Below, in pieces: positions 26,363-40,000 of a stretch of DNA of 64,000 nucleotides. Position numbers and translations under genes: made by a program. How positions within the stretch are numbered: position 1 is the first letter of the stretch; each line of letters opens with the position of its first letter. Origin of the DNA: the human T2T-CHM13v2.0 reference genome, Homo sapiens; NCBI RefSeq assembly GCF_009914755.1, contig NC_060931.1. The stretch is one strand, 5' to 3'. Under the pieces are notes generated by a model. That model saw nothing but the letters and a program-made list of their open reading frames with translations. It was not told the DNA's origin and did no database searches.

Positions 26363-28655
26363 TGGGCCTTGATTCTTTATCCAATGTGCTAGTCTGTGTC
26401 TTTTAATTGGGGCTTTTAGCCCATTTACATTTAAGGTTAATATTGTTATGTGTGAATTTGATCCTGTCGTTATGATGCTAGCTGGTTATTTTGCCCGTTA
26501 GTTGATGCAGTTTCTTTATAGTGTTGATGGCCTTTACAATCTGGTATGTTTTTGTAGTGGCTGGTACCAGTTTTTCATTTCCATATTTAGTGCTTCCTTC
26601 AGGAGCTCTTGTAAGGCAGACCTGGTAGTGACAAAATCTCTCAGCATTTGCTTGTCTATAAACGATTTTATTTCTCCTTTGCTTATGAAGCTTAGTTTGG
26701 CTGGATATGAAATTCTGGGTTAAAAGTTCTTTTTTTTAAGAATGCTGAATATTGGCCCTCACTCTCTTCTGGCTTGTAGGGTTTTTGCAGAGAGATCTAC
26801 TGTTAATCTGATGGGCTTGCCTTTGTGGGTAACCTGACCTTTCTCTCTGGCTGCCCTTAACATTTTTTCCTTCATTTCAACCTTGGTGATCTGATGATTA
26901 TATGTCTTGGGGTTCCTCTTCTCAAGGAGTATCTTTGTGGTGTTCTCTGTGTTTCCTGAATTTGAATGTTGGCCTGTCTTGCTAGGTTGGGGAAGTTCTC
27001 CTGGATAATATCCTGAAGTGTGTTTTCCAACTTGGTTCCATTCTCCCCATAACTTTCAGGTATACCAGTCAAACATAGGTTTGGTCTTTTCACATAGCCC
27101 CATATTTCTTGGAGGCTTTGTTTGTTCTTTTTCATTATTTTTTTTTCTAATCTTGTCTTCACACTTTATTTCATTAAGTTGACCTTCAGTCTGGAATATC
27201 CTTTCTTCTGCTTGATTGATTCAGCTAGTAATACTTGTGTAGGCTTCATGAAGTTCTCGTGCTGTTTTTCAGCTCCATCGGGTCATTTATGTTCTTCTCT
27301 AAACTGGTTATTCTAGTTAGCAATTCCTCTAACCTTTTTTCGAGGTTCTTAGATTCCTTGCATTGGGTTAGAACATGCTCCTTTAGTTCAGAGGAGTTTG
27401 TTATTACCCACCTTCTGAAGCCTACTTCTGTCAATTCGTCAAACTCATTCTCCATCCAGTTCTGTTCCCTTGCTGGTGAGGAATTGTGATCCTTTGGAGG
27501 AGAAGAGACATTCTGGTTTTTGGAATTTTCAGGCTTTTTGCACTGGTTTTTCCTCATCTTCGTGGATTTATCTACCTTTGGTCTTTGATGTTGGTGACCT
27601 TCAGATGGGGTCTCTGAATGGATGTCCTTTTTGTTGATGTTGATGCTTTTCCTTTCTGTTTGTTAGTTTTCCTTCTAACAGTCAGGCCCCTCTGCTGCAG
27701 ATCTACTGGAGTTTTCTGGAGGTCCACTCCAGACCCTGTTTGCTTGGGTATCACCACCAGAGCCTGCAGAACAGGAACAATTGCTGCCTGTTCCTTCCTC
27801 TGGAAGCTTCGTCCCAGAGAAGCACCCACCAGATGCCAGCCAGAGCTCTCCTGCATGAGGTGTCTGTCGACCCCTTCTGGGAGGTATCTCCCAGTCAGGA
27901 AGCATGGGGGTCAGGGACCCACTTGAGGAGGCACTCTGTCCCTTAGCAGAGCTCGAGTGCTGTGCTGGGAGATCCGCTGCTCTCTTCAGAGCCAGCAGGC
28001 AGGGACATTTAAGTCTGCTCAAGCTGTGCCCATAACCGCCCCTTCTCCCAGGTGCTCTGTCCCAGGGAGATGGGAGTTTTATCTGTAAGCCCCTGACTGG
28101 GGCTGCTGCCTTTCTTTCAGAATTGCCCTGCCCAGAGAGGAGGAATCTAGAGAGGTCGTCTGGCTACAGTGGCTTTGTGGTGCTGCGGTGGGCCCCACCC
28201 AGTCCGAACTTCCAGGAGGCTCTGTTTACACTGTGAGGGGAAAACCGCCTACTCAAGCCTCCAAAATGGCAGACGCCTCTCCCCCCACCAAGCTGGAGCA
28301 TCCCAGGTCAACTTCAGACGCTGTGCTGGCAGCAAGAATTTCAAGCCAGTGGATCTCAGCTTTCCGGGCTCTCCGCTGAGATAGACCACTTGGCTCCCTG
28401 GCTTCAGCCCCCTTTCCAGAGGAGTGAATGGTTCTGTCTTGCTGGCATTCCAGGCACCACTGGGGTATGAAAATAAAACTCCTGCAGCTAGCTTGGTACC
28501 TCCCCAATGGCCGCCCAGTTTTGTGTTTGAAACACAGGGCCCTTGTGGTGCAGGCCCCGAGGGAATCTCCCCATCTGTGGTTGTGAAGACTGTGGGAAAA
28601 GCGTAGTATCTGGTCCGGAATGCACCATTCCTCATGGCACAGTTCCTCATGGCTA

Positions 28656-30191
28656 TGAGAGGTGACAGCATGCTGGCAGCCCTCGCAGCCCTCGCTCACT
28701 CTTGGTGCCTCCTCAGCCTGGGTGCCCAACATAGGGCTGCGCTTGAGGAGCCCTTCAGCCTGCCGCTGCACTGTGGGAGCCCCTTTCTGGGCTGGCTGAG
28801 GCCGGAGCCAACTCCCTCAGCTTGCGGGGAGGTGTGGAGGGAGAGGCGCAGGCGGGAACTGGTGCTGCACGTGGCACTTGCAGGCCAGCTCAAGTTCCGG
28901 GTGGGCGTGGGCTCAGCAGGCCCCATACTTGGAGCGGCCGGCTGGCTGGCACTGCTGGCCCTGGGCAATGAGGGGCTTAGCACCCGGGCCAGCAGCTGCA
29001 GAGGGTGCGCCGGGTCCCCCCATTAGTGCCGGCCCACCGGTGCTGCGCTCAAATTCTTGCCGGGCCTCAGCTGCCTCCCTGTGGGGCCGGGCTCGGGACC
29101 TGCAGCCCACCATGCCTGAGCCTCCCCCTGCTGCCGTGGGCTCCTGTGTGGCCCAAGCCTCCCCAATGAGTGCTGCCCCCTGCTCTGTGGTCCCATCGAC
29201 CGCCCAAGGGCTGAGGAGTGCGGGCGCATGGCGTGGGACTGGCAGGCAGCTCCGCCTGCGGCCCTGGTGCAGGATCCACTAGGTGAAGCCAGCTGGGCTC
29301 CTGAGTCTAGTGGGGACTTGGAGAACCTTTATGTCTACCTAAGGGATTGTAGATACACCAGTCAGCACTCTGTGTCTAGCTCAAGGTTTGTAAATGCACC
29401 CATCAGCACTCTGTATCTAGCTAATCTGGTGGGGACTTGGAGAACCTTTATGTCTAGCTAAGGGATTGTAAATACACCAGTCAGCACTCTGTGTCTAGCT
29501 CAAGGTTTGTAAACACACCAATCAGCACCCTGTGTCTAGCTCAAGGTTTGTAAATGCACCAATCAGTGCTCTGTGTCTAGCTAATCTAGTGGGGACTTGG
29601 AGAACTTTTGTGTCTAGCTCAGGGATTGTAAATGCACCAATTATCACCCTGTCAAAATGGACCAATCAGCTCTCTGTAAAACAGACCAATCAGCTCTCTG
29701 TAAAATGGACCAATCAGCAGGATGTGGGTGGGGCCAGATAAGCAAATAAAAGCAGTCTGCCCGAGCCAGCAGTGGCAACCTGCTCGGGTCCCCTTCCTCA
29801 CTGTGGAAGCTTTGTTCTTTCACTCTTTGCAATAAATCTTGCTGCTGCTCACTCTATGGGTCCACACTGCCTTTACAAGGTGTAACACTCACTGCGAAGG
29901 TCTGCAGCTTCACTTCTGAGGCCAGCAAGACCACGAACCCATCAAGAGGAATGAACAACTCCAGACACGCAGCCTTATGAGCTGTAACATTCACTGTGAA
30001 GGTCTGCAGCTTCACTCCTGAAGCCAGTGAGATCACAAACCCACCAGAAGGAAGAAACTCTGAACACATCCGAGCATCAGAAGGAACAAACTCTGGACAC
30101 GCCGCCTTTAAGAACTGTAACACTCACCGCAAGGGTCCGCAGCTTCATTCTTGAAGTCAGTGAGACCAAGAACCCACCAATTCCGGACACA
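28656..30191 (+). mobile_element. Solo LTR12 (LTR12C-like, ERV9)
   Basis: Starts tgagaggtgacagc, ends cccaccaattccggacaca; CpG-rich 5' part; U3 tandem repeats and U5 repeats. Confidence 0.95.
29300..29760 (+). promoter_or_regulatory. LTR12 U3 enhancer/promoter: CCAAT (NF-Y) repeats, GATA site, AATAAAA TATA-like box
   Basis: ccaatcag at about 29518, 29559, 29662, 29686 and 29710; agataag at about 29736; aataaaa at about 29745. Confidence 0.8.
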
Positions 30192-31199
30192 AGTTTCCTT
30201 GGCTAGGGAAGGGAGTTCCCTGACCCCTTACGCTTCCTGGGTGAGGCAGCACCCCACCCTGCTTCTGCTTGCTCTCTGTGGGCTGCACCCACTGTCTAAA
30301 CAGTCCCAATGAGATGAGCTGGGTACCCCAGTTGGAAATGCAGAAATCACCCGCCTTCTGCATTGATCTTGCTGGGAGATGCAGACCGGAGCTGTTCCTA
30401 TTTGGCCATCTTGCCACTACCCCAGGTTTTTTAAACTGACATAAAAAGCATTTTTAATAAACTGAATTGAACAAACACATTATTTTCCATTACCTTTTTT
30501 TTGCCTTCTAATATGTGATGAATGGGCTGATAATATTAGGTGAGAATTAGGCAGAAATTATTCTAGAGAAGAAGTCCAAATAGACTTATTTTAATTATAA
30601 CTGAATTTGTTAAAATATTGAAATATTTCCTACTCCAAATAAAGAATACGTTTTGGAATCTATAGAGAAATTCTTCATATAATACACAGAGTCACTGCCT
30701 ATAATCCCTTGTCATGCATGGGCTGCTCCTCTCTTTGGTTGCTTGGCAGTTATACTGTAATAAAAGGGAGTTCATATTTTAGCTGTTTGCTTTTTATTGC
30801 TGCAGCTGAGATTGAAGTTTTTTATTTTCCTCACTTTGATTCTTTAACATGTTTTCTTTTACATAGATCTATTGTTTTCATTTTTATATGTTTTTCATTT
30901 AGATTTATTTTAGGTACTTCCTGTGAATTTTATGGGTCTCCATTCTTATTGTTGTGGTTGTCATTTCTGAAACCAATGAAGCATAGCCTTTTACAGGGTT
31001 GCCTTGTAACAATCTAGTGAGCTAGAAGAAAGTTTGGCATTCTATTTCTCTACAATTTCCTACCCAAATAATGATGCTGTACGTAATGTTGTTAGAATAA
31101 CTTTTGAAATTCCAAATAAGGTCTTTTTTCATATGTTCATTTTTGGCAATTCCCAAATACTGTGTTATTGTCTTCCTATTATGACTTACTAAAGAAAGC

Positions 31200-31370
31200 A
31201 CAGAAATAGAGTCAAAAAGCCCTGGGTTAAGTCCAAGTTCCACCACTTACTGATTCTATGAATCGCTTAACTTCTTTGAACTCCACTTTTCTCAGCTGTA
31301 AAATGGGAGTCACATTAACAACATCACAGAGGTTATAAAAACAAATAATATACTAGTAATGCTGTAAAAT
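31200..31370 (+). mobile_element. MIR
   Basis: ctgggttaagtccaagttccaccacttact...ttttctcagctgtaaaatggg. Confidence 0.75.
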
Positions 31371-33220
31371 TTTAGAGTAATTAATTTTATTGTTTTCTGT
31401 CCTAACTCAAGTGCCCCAGGTAGCATGAAGTAAAGGGAATAGAAAGAGTATAATTCACAGGAAATAAAATCTGCCTTCAGAATAGAGCTTAGAATTTGTC
31501 CTTGACACATTCTCATTTCCACGTATACACTCTGCACTTACTTTACATACACCTTATCTTTTTTCAGCTTGTGATCTTTTTCAGGTGGCTTGCTTGAAGT
31601 TTTTAACCAGGCCTGGGAAGATTTTCTAAACTGAAGAGTTTCTAGGATGAGGTGGAGTGCTGGCGGTAAAAACATACCAGAAGAAAACAAAATTTAAATG
31701 CACCCTAGCACTGCCATCTGTCCAACCTATCTAGTTCCCCTCCAGAAATCACTGCCACATTCTCTCCTCAAGCCAGGTTGGGGATACATATGGATTTTGA
31801 GATAGAAATAAAAACTGACGCATGACTTTGCATGTATGTATTTAGATGTACATAGGGTCACTTCGTCTTATGGAGATCGAGTGGAGTACTAGAAGGGAAG
31901 GAACGAATGAACTTTATAAAATGTGTGAGAGATGTGGTCCCAGAGCAACTTCTAGGAGTTTGTCAAATCAAATAGAAACATGTATGTGGGAAGGTCTGAG
32001 AGAATGGTACAAAAGTAATAATCCTAGGCCACTAATACAGGAGTTTGAAATGAACTTGATAATGACAAGGTAGTTGGAGGTAAGTACAAATACAGGAAGG
32101 GATGCAATTTAGTGCTTAGTCTTTCTATTTCATTGTATTATTTCCCCCAGTTAATTAAAGCATTTGTCCATTGGAAGATACTTGATTTACTTTCTAAGAT
32201 CTTTTGGTATTTTGCAGAATGAGAAACTGGTTTGTACTAACTACAATTAATAATAATGAAAAACAGCATTCCATCAAATTATGCATGGATTCTGTGTACC
32301 TAATATAAGAATATAAGAATGAGAAAACTCTTATGACACTAAATAAGTCAATACATTCATATTGAGACATGGTCCCTCAATTTATCTACCTATGTGCAAA
32401 AAATAATAATACTTATTTTATAAAGATGTTATGATGGTGAGTGGGGCTAATGCTTATAACACTGAAAATACTGAGGGTTAATTCGCTTTGACGAGTTTTT
32501 CCACGATGGGGGCAGAGAGGGGGAAGTTTTGTGAACACTTCTCATCTTGAAAAGAAAAATGACAATATTCATCCTGTAGGCCCAAAAGGCAGATTAAATG
32601 CTTCTTTAAAGTTAAAAGGAGGTATTATAATCCTCTATTCTAAAGACTGCAAAATATTTTATGTTATTCATAGACCGTGTGCTTGTTCTTTCATTAGGCC
32701 TTACCAATATCAGCAGAGAAAAACTTCATTCATTTACTCAAGAAACATTTATTGAGCATTTATTTGTAGTTCTATTTATTAATAACATGATTCCTGTTAT
32801 CAATATAGATTAAGTATATTTTTAAAAAATTATCTTCCATTCTAAAATAATTTAAAAAATAAATATAATCATCCATTTCAAAGTTTATTCTATGGTCTAT
32901 GCAACAAAAATATAGTTTGCTCACGGAGAAGAATGATTGTCAGTTTTAATTTCAAAGACAATTTGTAATTTTTGGTCTAAACATTTCTGAATATAAAATG
33001 TTTCAAACTAAAAGAAGTATTTTAAAAACTGTAAATTGTAGACTGTAAAGATGTGAACTAAAACCAAGAAAAATTATTTAATAGATTATAAGTAATAATA
33101 TTGTATTAAATATCAACTTTAATTCAATTGAAGTAATACCAAAGGACCTTCAAAGAGAAAGATTTACCACTGGTCCACCCTCCTTTCATAAAAATAAGGC
33201 ATTAAAAAGTAGTTGTTTGG

Positions 33221-33367
33221 AGCTGGGCATGGTGGCTCATGCCTGTAACCCAGCACTTTGGGAGGCTGAGGCAGGAAGTTCGCTTGAGCCCAGGAGTTTG
33301 AGACCAGCCTGGGCAACATAGAGAGATCCCATCTCTACAAAAAATTAAAAATAAAAAAAAAGTTTTT
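33221..33367 (+). mobile_element. FLAM_C / Alu left monomer
   Basis: Monomer with A-tail; TSD aaagtagttgttt / aaagtatttgttt. Confidence 0.9.
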
Positions 33368-33837
33368 AAAGTATTTGTTTTAGGGTATCATTAATGTCTA
33401 TCAATATCAAATAAATAATAACTGTTCTAGATTAATAAAGATTTTACATCCCCTAATTTGGCTGTCCCAATATGCATGTTAACCACTTTTGTGCAGACTC
33501 ATCTGTCAATGAAATCTTCCCAAGAGAAGATACTGCCACGTTATGGAGGGTGACATCCAGCCATATTACTTACTAATTGGTCCACACCAAGGGCCTCTCA
33601 CCAGCATACCACAAAATATATGGTAGATTGTGATTAAAATAAAAGAATTATGACCACCAAAGTTAACAATATCTTATCCAGGACATGGAACTGATTTAAG
33701 AAACACATTAGTAGCATCCTCCCCATTGTCACTGTATACATACAAAATGATGAAGTCTTTTAACAGGAGGAACAGACCTAAGCAAGCCTTCCATTAGACA
33801 TGAGCCCCCCAAATCAGAGGTGGTTCTAATCACTTTA

Positions 33838-33970
33838 TTTTTTTTTTTAAATAGAGACAGGGTTTCGCCATGTTGCCTACGCTGGTCTTGAACTCCTGAG
33901 CTCAAGTGATCCACCTGTCTTGGCCTCCCAAAGTGCTAGGATTACAGATGTGAGCCACTGCACCTGGGCC
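33838..33970 (-). mobile_element. FLAM_C / Alu left monomer
   Basis: TSD taatcacttta at 33827-37 and 33971-81. Confidence 0.9.
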
Positions 33971-34093
33971 TAATCACTTTAAAACTCATTTTAAAGCTAC
34001 TAAATTTGCCACAACAAAGTTAAATATCACTAAATCACTATCACCAACAAACATTTCTGTAGTGTCTATGATGAGTAAAACATAATACATGCT

Positions 34094-34467
34094 TTTATTA
34101 GTCCATCACACTGCTATAAAGAAATACCCAAGACTAGGTAATTAATAAGTGAAACAGGTTTAATTAACTCACAGTTCCACATGGCTGGGGAGACCTCAGG
34201 AAACTAACAATCATGGCAGAAGGCAAAGGGGAAGCAAGGACCTTCTTTGCCTGGCGGCAGGAGAGAAAAGAGACGAGGGAAGGAGGAACTTGCCAAACAC
34301 ATATAAAACTATTAGATCTCGTGAGAACTCTACCACAAGAACAGCATAGGAGGACCACCTCCATAATCCAATCACCTCCCACCAGGTTCCTCCCATGACA
34401 TATGAGAATTATGGGGATTACAATTCAAGATAAGATTTGAGTGGGGACACAGAGTCAAACCATATCA
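34094..34467 (-). mobile_element. THE1D/MSTA-like MaLR solo LTR
   Basis: ctcacagttccacatggctggggagacctcagg...accatatca; 5-bp TSD atgct. Confidence 0.92.
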
Positions 34468-34971
34468 ATGCTGTAGGGAAAACACAGTATCTGAACTCAA
34501 AGAGCTTTTAAGGCTGCTGAAAAAAAAGAGCATATACATTAAAAAGTGAAGTAAAATATAAGGTAGCATGAGGCAAACTATGGCACTAGATGGGCATTAG
34601 ATATAAAGAAAAAGAAGCTAGCATTTAATTAAAGCCTATTATATGTCTATAAGCCAGTCACTAACCAGGGTACTTTATGTAGTTATATGCTTAATTGGAA
34701 TTTTAAGAAAACAGAAAGATTCTATCCAGTGAAAGTAATTCAACACTTAAAGATTCAGTCACAAAATGTTCTAGAACATTATTTGTGACATTGACCAACT
34801 GAAAACATTCTAAATATTTACTAGAAAAGAACAGTAAAGAAAATTTTGATGCAACACTATTGGAAAAACTGTATGTAGTCATTAAATAAGAAAATTACAA
34901 ATCAGTATGAGTCAGTATTTCCCAAGCATGAGAAAATGCTAACTCTAGTGTACTAATTAAAAAGAAGTATA

Positions 34972-35040
34972 GGTCAGGGGAGGTAGCTCACACCTGTAAT
35001 CCCAACACTTTAGGAAGCCAATGCAGGAGGATTGCTTCAG
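34972..35040 (+). mobile_element. Alu 5' fragment (3' deleted)
   Basis: gctcacacctgtaatcccaacactttagg...ggaggattgctt, ending abruptly. Confidence 0.75.
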
Positions 35041-35312
35041 GCATCATCTATGAAGTGGTCTTGCCAAAAACATTATTCTAAATGTAAACAAGGTCTTTTA
35101 TCTAACTTCATTGATAGGAAATTCAGGGAGCAGAAAAACAAGGTATATGTCACCTTGAGGAAATAGTCACCCACCAGAATATAGGGTATTATATAAGACT
35201 GGTCTTTTTAAATGTCAATGTCATGAAAAGAGACTAAAGAAACATAACAACCTAATGGCCATACTTGATTGTATCCTGGTTCTTTTAAAAAAAAAAAAAA
35301 CACACATTTTTT

Positions 35313-35617
35313 GGCCAGGCGTGGTGGCTCACGCCTGTAATCCCAGCACTTTGGGAGGCCGAGGTGGGCGGATCACGAGGTCAGGAGATCGAGACCATCC
35401 TGGCTAACACGGTGAAACCCCGTCTCTACTAAAAATACAAAAAATTAGCTGGGCTTGGTCGTGGGCACCTGTAGTCACAGCTACTCAGAAGGCTTAGGCG
35501 GGAGAATGGTGTGGACCCGGGAGGCGGAGGTTTCAGTGAGCCAAGATCGTGCCACTGCACTCCGGCCTGGGTGAAAGAACGAGACTCTGTCTCAAAAAAA
35601 AAAAAAAACAAAAAAAA
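35313..35617 (+). mobile_element. AluY
   Basis: gatcacgaggtcaggagatcgagaccatcctggctaacacgg; TSD acacatttttt. Confidence 0.95.
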
Positions 35618-36169
35618 ACACATTTTTTTAAATCAAGAGGGAAATTGCCTATAATTATGCTGAAGTAGCTACTGTCAATATTTTGGTATATTGGGTATAG
35701 TTTTTTCTACACATATATTTAAACTTTTTATGATAAAATTAAAATCATTTTCAAAAGTTCATACTACAACCACTTAAACCTGTTTATACTGAGTACTTTG
35801 ATGAAATTATATTGTTGACAGCTTATATTTTTCTACTAAGTACAGAGAATCAATGTCATCAGTTTAAAAGGAAATTTTGCTATAAATTTCTGTAAGCTTG
35901 GTAAATTCTATAGAGACATTGCACTTTCCAGAAAAGTCTAATTTAAATGTATTAGATCAACACAAAAAATCATATTCAATTCAAAATAATTTAAAAGTAT
36001 AAGTGATATTTATACAGAAGTATAATTTAAGAAAATAGAAAATAAAAAGCAAATAACTACTGTTGTAATCACTGAAAATATGCTGAATAAGTGGGTGAAC
36101 AGTCTTTATGTATATATCCACATTGGTGCATACTTCATCAAAGACTTCATCAAAACAAAAATACAGGTT

Positions 36170-36345
36170 TCACCCAGTAGCTTATAACTGTAATCCCAAC
36201 ACTTTGGGAGGGAGGCTAAAGCAGGAGGATTGCTTGAGCCAGGGAGTTTGAGGCTGCAGTGAGCTGAGATAGTGTCACTGCACTCTAGCCTGGGTGACAG
36301 AGCAAGACTCTGTCTCAAAAAAAAAAATTAAATTAAATTAAAAAC
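36170..36345 (+). mobile_element. FRAM/FAM Alu monomer
   Basis: ggaggattgcttgagccagggagtttgaggctgcagtgagc...ctctgtctcaaaa. Confidence 0.85.
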
Positions 36346-36558
36346 ATGCTGAAAAATAAATTTGATTTTTATAGAAAAAAATTCTGTAATTTCCAATTTG
36401 TCTTAATTATAATATGCTATTTTTATAATCAGAAAAGGTAAGAAAAGAAAATGCAGGCATTGGGTAGAATTGTGTGTGAAAAAATAAAGAAACCTTAATT
36501 CTATCAATTTAAGGCAATTGTGATATGGGCTATAGTTGCTTTGGTTCTGACATTATTT

Positions 36559-36873
<315 letters not shown>

Positions 36874-37698
36874 TGATATTATTTAATATATTAACAGTTT
36901 CCAAAAGGAAGTTCAAGGAATATTAAGTCATATTTCAAATAGTATCCTGGCAAGGCAATAGGGAGTGCTACAAAAACAGGCCAACCCAGACACAGACTGC
37001 CCACATTGTTCATTAATAAACATGGACATTTTTAAATCTGGAAAAAATGCAATCCAATACCTCTGGGGAAATTCTTTTCTGCATAGTTATTCAATAATAG
37101 AGAAGCCTGGAAAGCAACAAATGGCAAGGAGGAAAAACAATGGAGAAACAGGGTAAGATCTTTGAATGATAATGAACAACAAGTTTGAGATTTGTTTCCA
37201 ACGACGTAAGTGAAAAACAGGTCAGCGCTGATTTGGACTAGGTATAGAGGCAAAAGACTGCCTGCTGAGACCATCTAGTCCTATGCAATGTTCAAACTGG
37301 GGACACAAGACACCTGAAAAGAGTAGGTCTAGCAAAGCATATAAATAGGAGCCTTCAGGGATTCATTCATTTAAAAAAAAGAAATTAAATATGCAGAACC
37401 TGCCAAGAGATGACAGAATGAAGAGATAATGGTACAAAAATATGTAAAAGATATGAATGCCAAGAAGAAAGAGAAAATGTTTAGCCCAGAGCTAAGAATA
37501 ATGGGATTTAATACATTAAGAACTGAAAACAGTTGTAGTAAAAATTGTTTAAATGGTGTCATTGGCCCATCTCTTACCACTTGCTTTTACAGGCTACTGT
37601 GTAATTTGATAGTTATATTCTCCCAGTCCTAGTGACTCACATGGGTTAATTCTCTTCCTTCACAGGCTGCTTAAATTCCTTAAATGATTACATAGCAC

Positions 37699-37881
37699 AG
37701 TAGTGACTAAATTTTGCTGCACATGAGAATCATCTGGGGAATTTTTAAAATCCTAGTGTTCAGGCTATATCCCCTACCTATTAAATCAAGGTATCTGAGA
37801 GCCGGAGCTGACCATGAGTATACTTCCAAGAGCACCAGGAGATTCCAATGTGGAATGTGCAGCAAAGTTTGGAAGCTGCTG
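37699..37881. mobile_element. MER5-family hAT MITE
   Basis: gctgcacatgagaatcatctggggaatttttaaaat...ccaggagattccaatgtg. Confidence 0.7.
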
Positions 37882-37962
37882 GCACGGTGTGCAAAGGCAA
37901 ATGTTAGGAGCTCTACTGATTACAGAATTCATGCTCATAAATATGTTTCAAGAAAAACTTAC

Positions 37963-38000
37963 CCCGCAAGTGCAAACAGCTCAGTCAAATCCTATAACTT
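37963..38000 (-). other. Candidate 38-nt exon
   Basis: ttcctgcctcctcctatgtag|AAGTTA...GCGGG|gtaagt. Confidence 0.25.
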
Positions 38001-39319
38001 CTACATAGGAGGAGGCAGGAATTGAGACACTATAGGCAGAAAAATATCAAGCTGAGAGAGTCAGCAACCAGAAATAGAAACTGGTAAATTGTACCCCAGG
38101 TTGAGCATGGTGGGGAACCTTTGCTGGAATTCGTGAGGACTGATTCCATACTGGCTGAAAATGAGTAGATTGTCATTTTTTGCCTTGTTTTTATGGATAG
38201 TAATTGAGAGTTTAAATAACGTTATGGTTTGAAACCAATTGCATCAAAAATGTTTTCATCATTAGTCAATGTTGGTTTTATCTCAGAGTATCAAACCCAA
38301 TTTTGAATTGTTTCCATTTCCTTTTTGCTTTCTGTCTGATAAAGTATTTATTAGCATCCCCCACATAATAATTTGGAGGATTTCTTGAATCACTGTAATT
38401 TTAAAAATATATGATATGATGTAGGTATATAAATTTGACAGTGATTTGAAAAGCAGGTAAAGTTTATTTCACTTGAAAAGTCTATGATAAATTATTTTGA
38501 GTTTGGCTTTTGAAAGCAAATTTATGATTTATGTTTACATATTCAAGAGGCCAAAGATTATCTCTCTGTCTCAAATATTTTCCTTCATCAAAAGCTGACG
38601 TATTCTTCCCTGCCTCCATTCCATTGTCCACCAGTGTGTCTTTCCAATCTGTCTTCACCCTGGTCCTCTCCATGGTCCCTACCCCTCATTGAAAAGGAAT
38701 TTCCCAGACCAGAGGGGAAGGCTTAGCCGCATAATTTGGGATAGGAGTAAGATCAGTGTCTCCCACAAATGGCCAAGCCTGATCTATCTTAGGGAAGTGG
38801 AGAAAAGATCTAGGGCTCCCAGTAACCTAGCAGGTCTGACTTGTAGCTGCATACCCACTAACAAGTGGGATGGGAACTTCCTTTTCAGAATGGTCTCACT
38901 TCTGTAGCCTCAGTGACCCAGAGCTGAGTCTGATGCATTTACCCACAGCCCTTTCTACACCTCCTCATTTGAAGGCCATGATATCACTTTTACCATCACT
39001 TCCAAATAATCTCTACCAACATTTATCCCTTCAAGACATTTACTTCTGCTGGCATTTGGATATTATTCTTTGCCCCACGTTCATATTCCTGTTAATACCC
39101 TTTGCAATTCTGGTTATCTGGTAATGAACCATATAACTCCTTAATCTCATCCCCTTAATCTTTTTGACTCCACTGAATTTCATTGTTTCCCACCTCTTGC
39201 AATCCCCAGATGGTCCACATTCTGGACTCCGTCATCACACGGCCCTAAAACACATCTAACAACTCAGAATTCTCCCAGTGAAATAGCAGTTGCCCGCCTG
39301 TTCGCATTCATCTGTTTGA

Positions 39320-40000
<681 letters not shown>

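Larger units (their letters stand above)
22317..30423 (-). mobile_element. Near full-length L1PA7-like element (dead), with nested AluS and LTR12; distal 3'UTR and poly(A) missing
   Basis: 5' end ggggtagtggcaagatggccaaataggaacagctccgg; ORF1 fragments at 26.4-27.56 kb; ORF2 fragments at 22.35-26.4 kb with the FADDMI RT motif; multiple frameshifts. Confidence 0.96.

Noticed and set aside
28169-29461. Cluster of overlapping GC-rich ORFs
   Set aside because: Explained by the low stop frequency in GC-rich L1 5'UTR and LTR12 sequence.
29300-30130. CRISPR-like or novel regularly spaced repeats
   Set aside because: These are the standard U3 and U5 tandem repeats of LTR12; there are no unique spacers and no cas genes.
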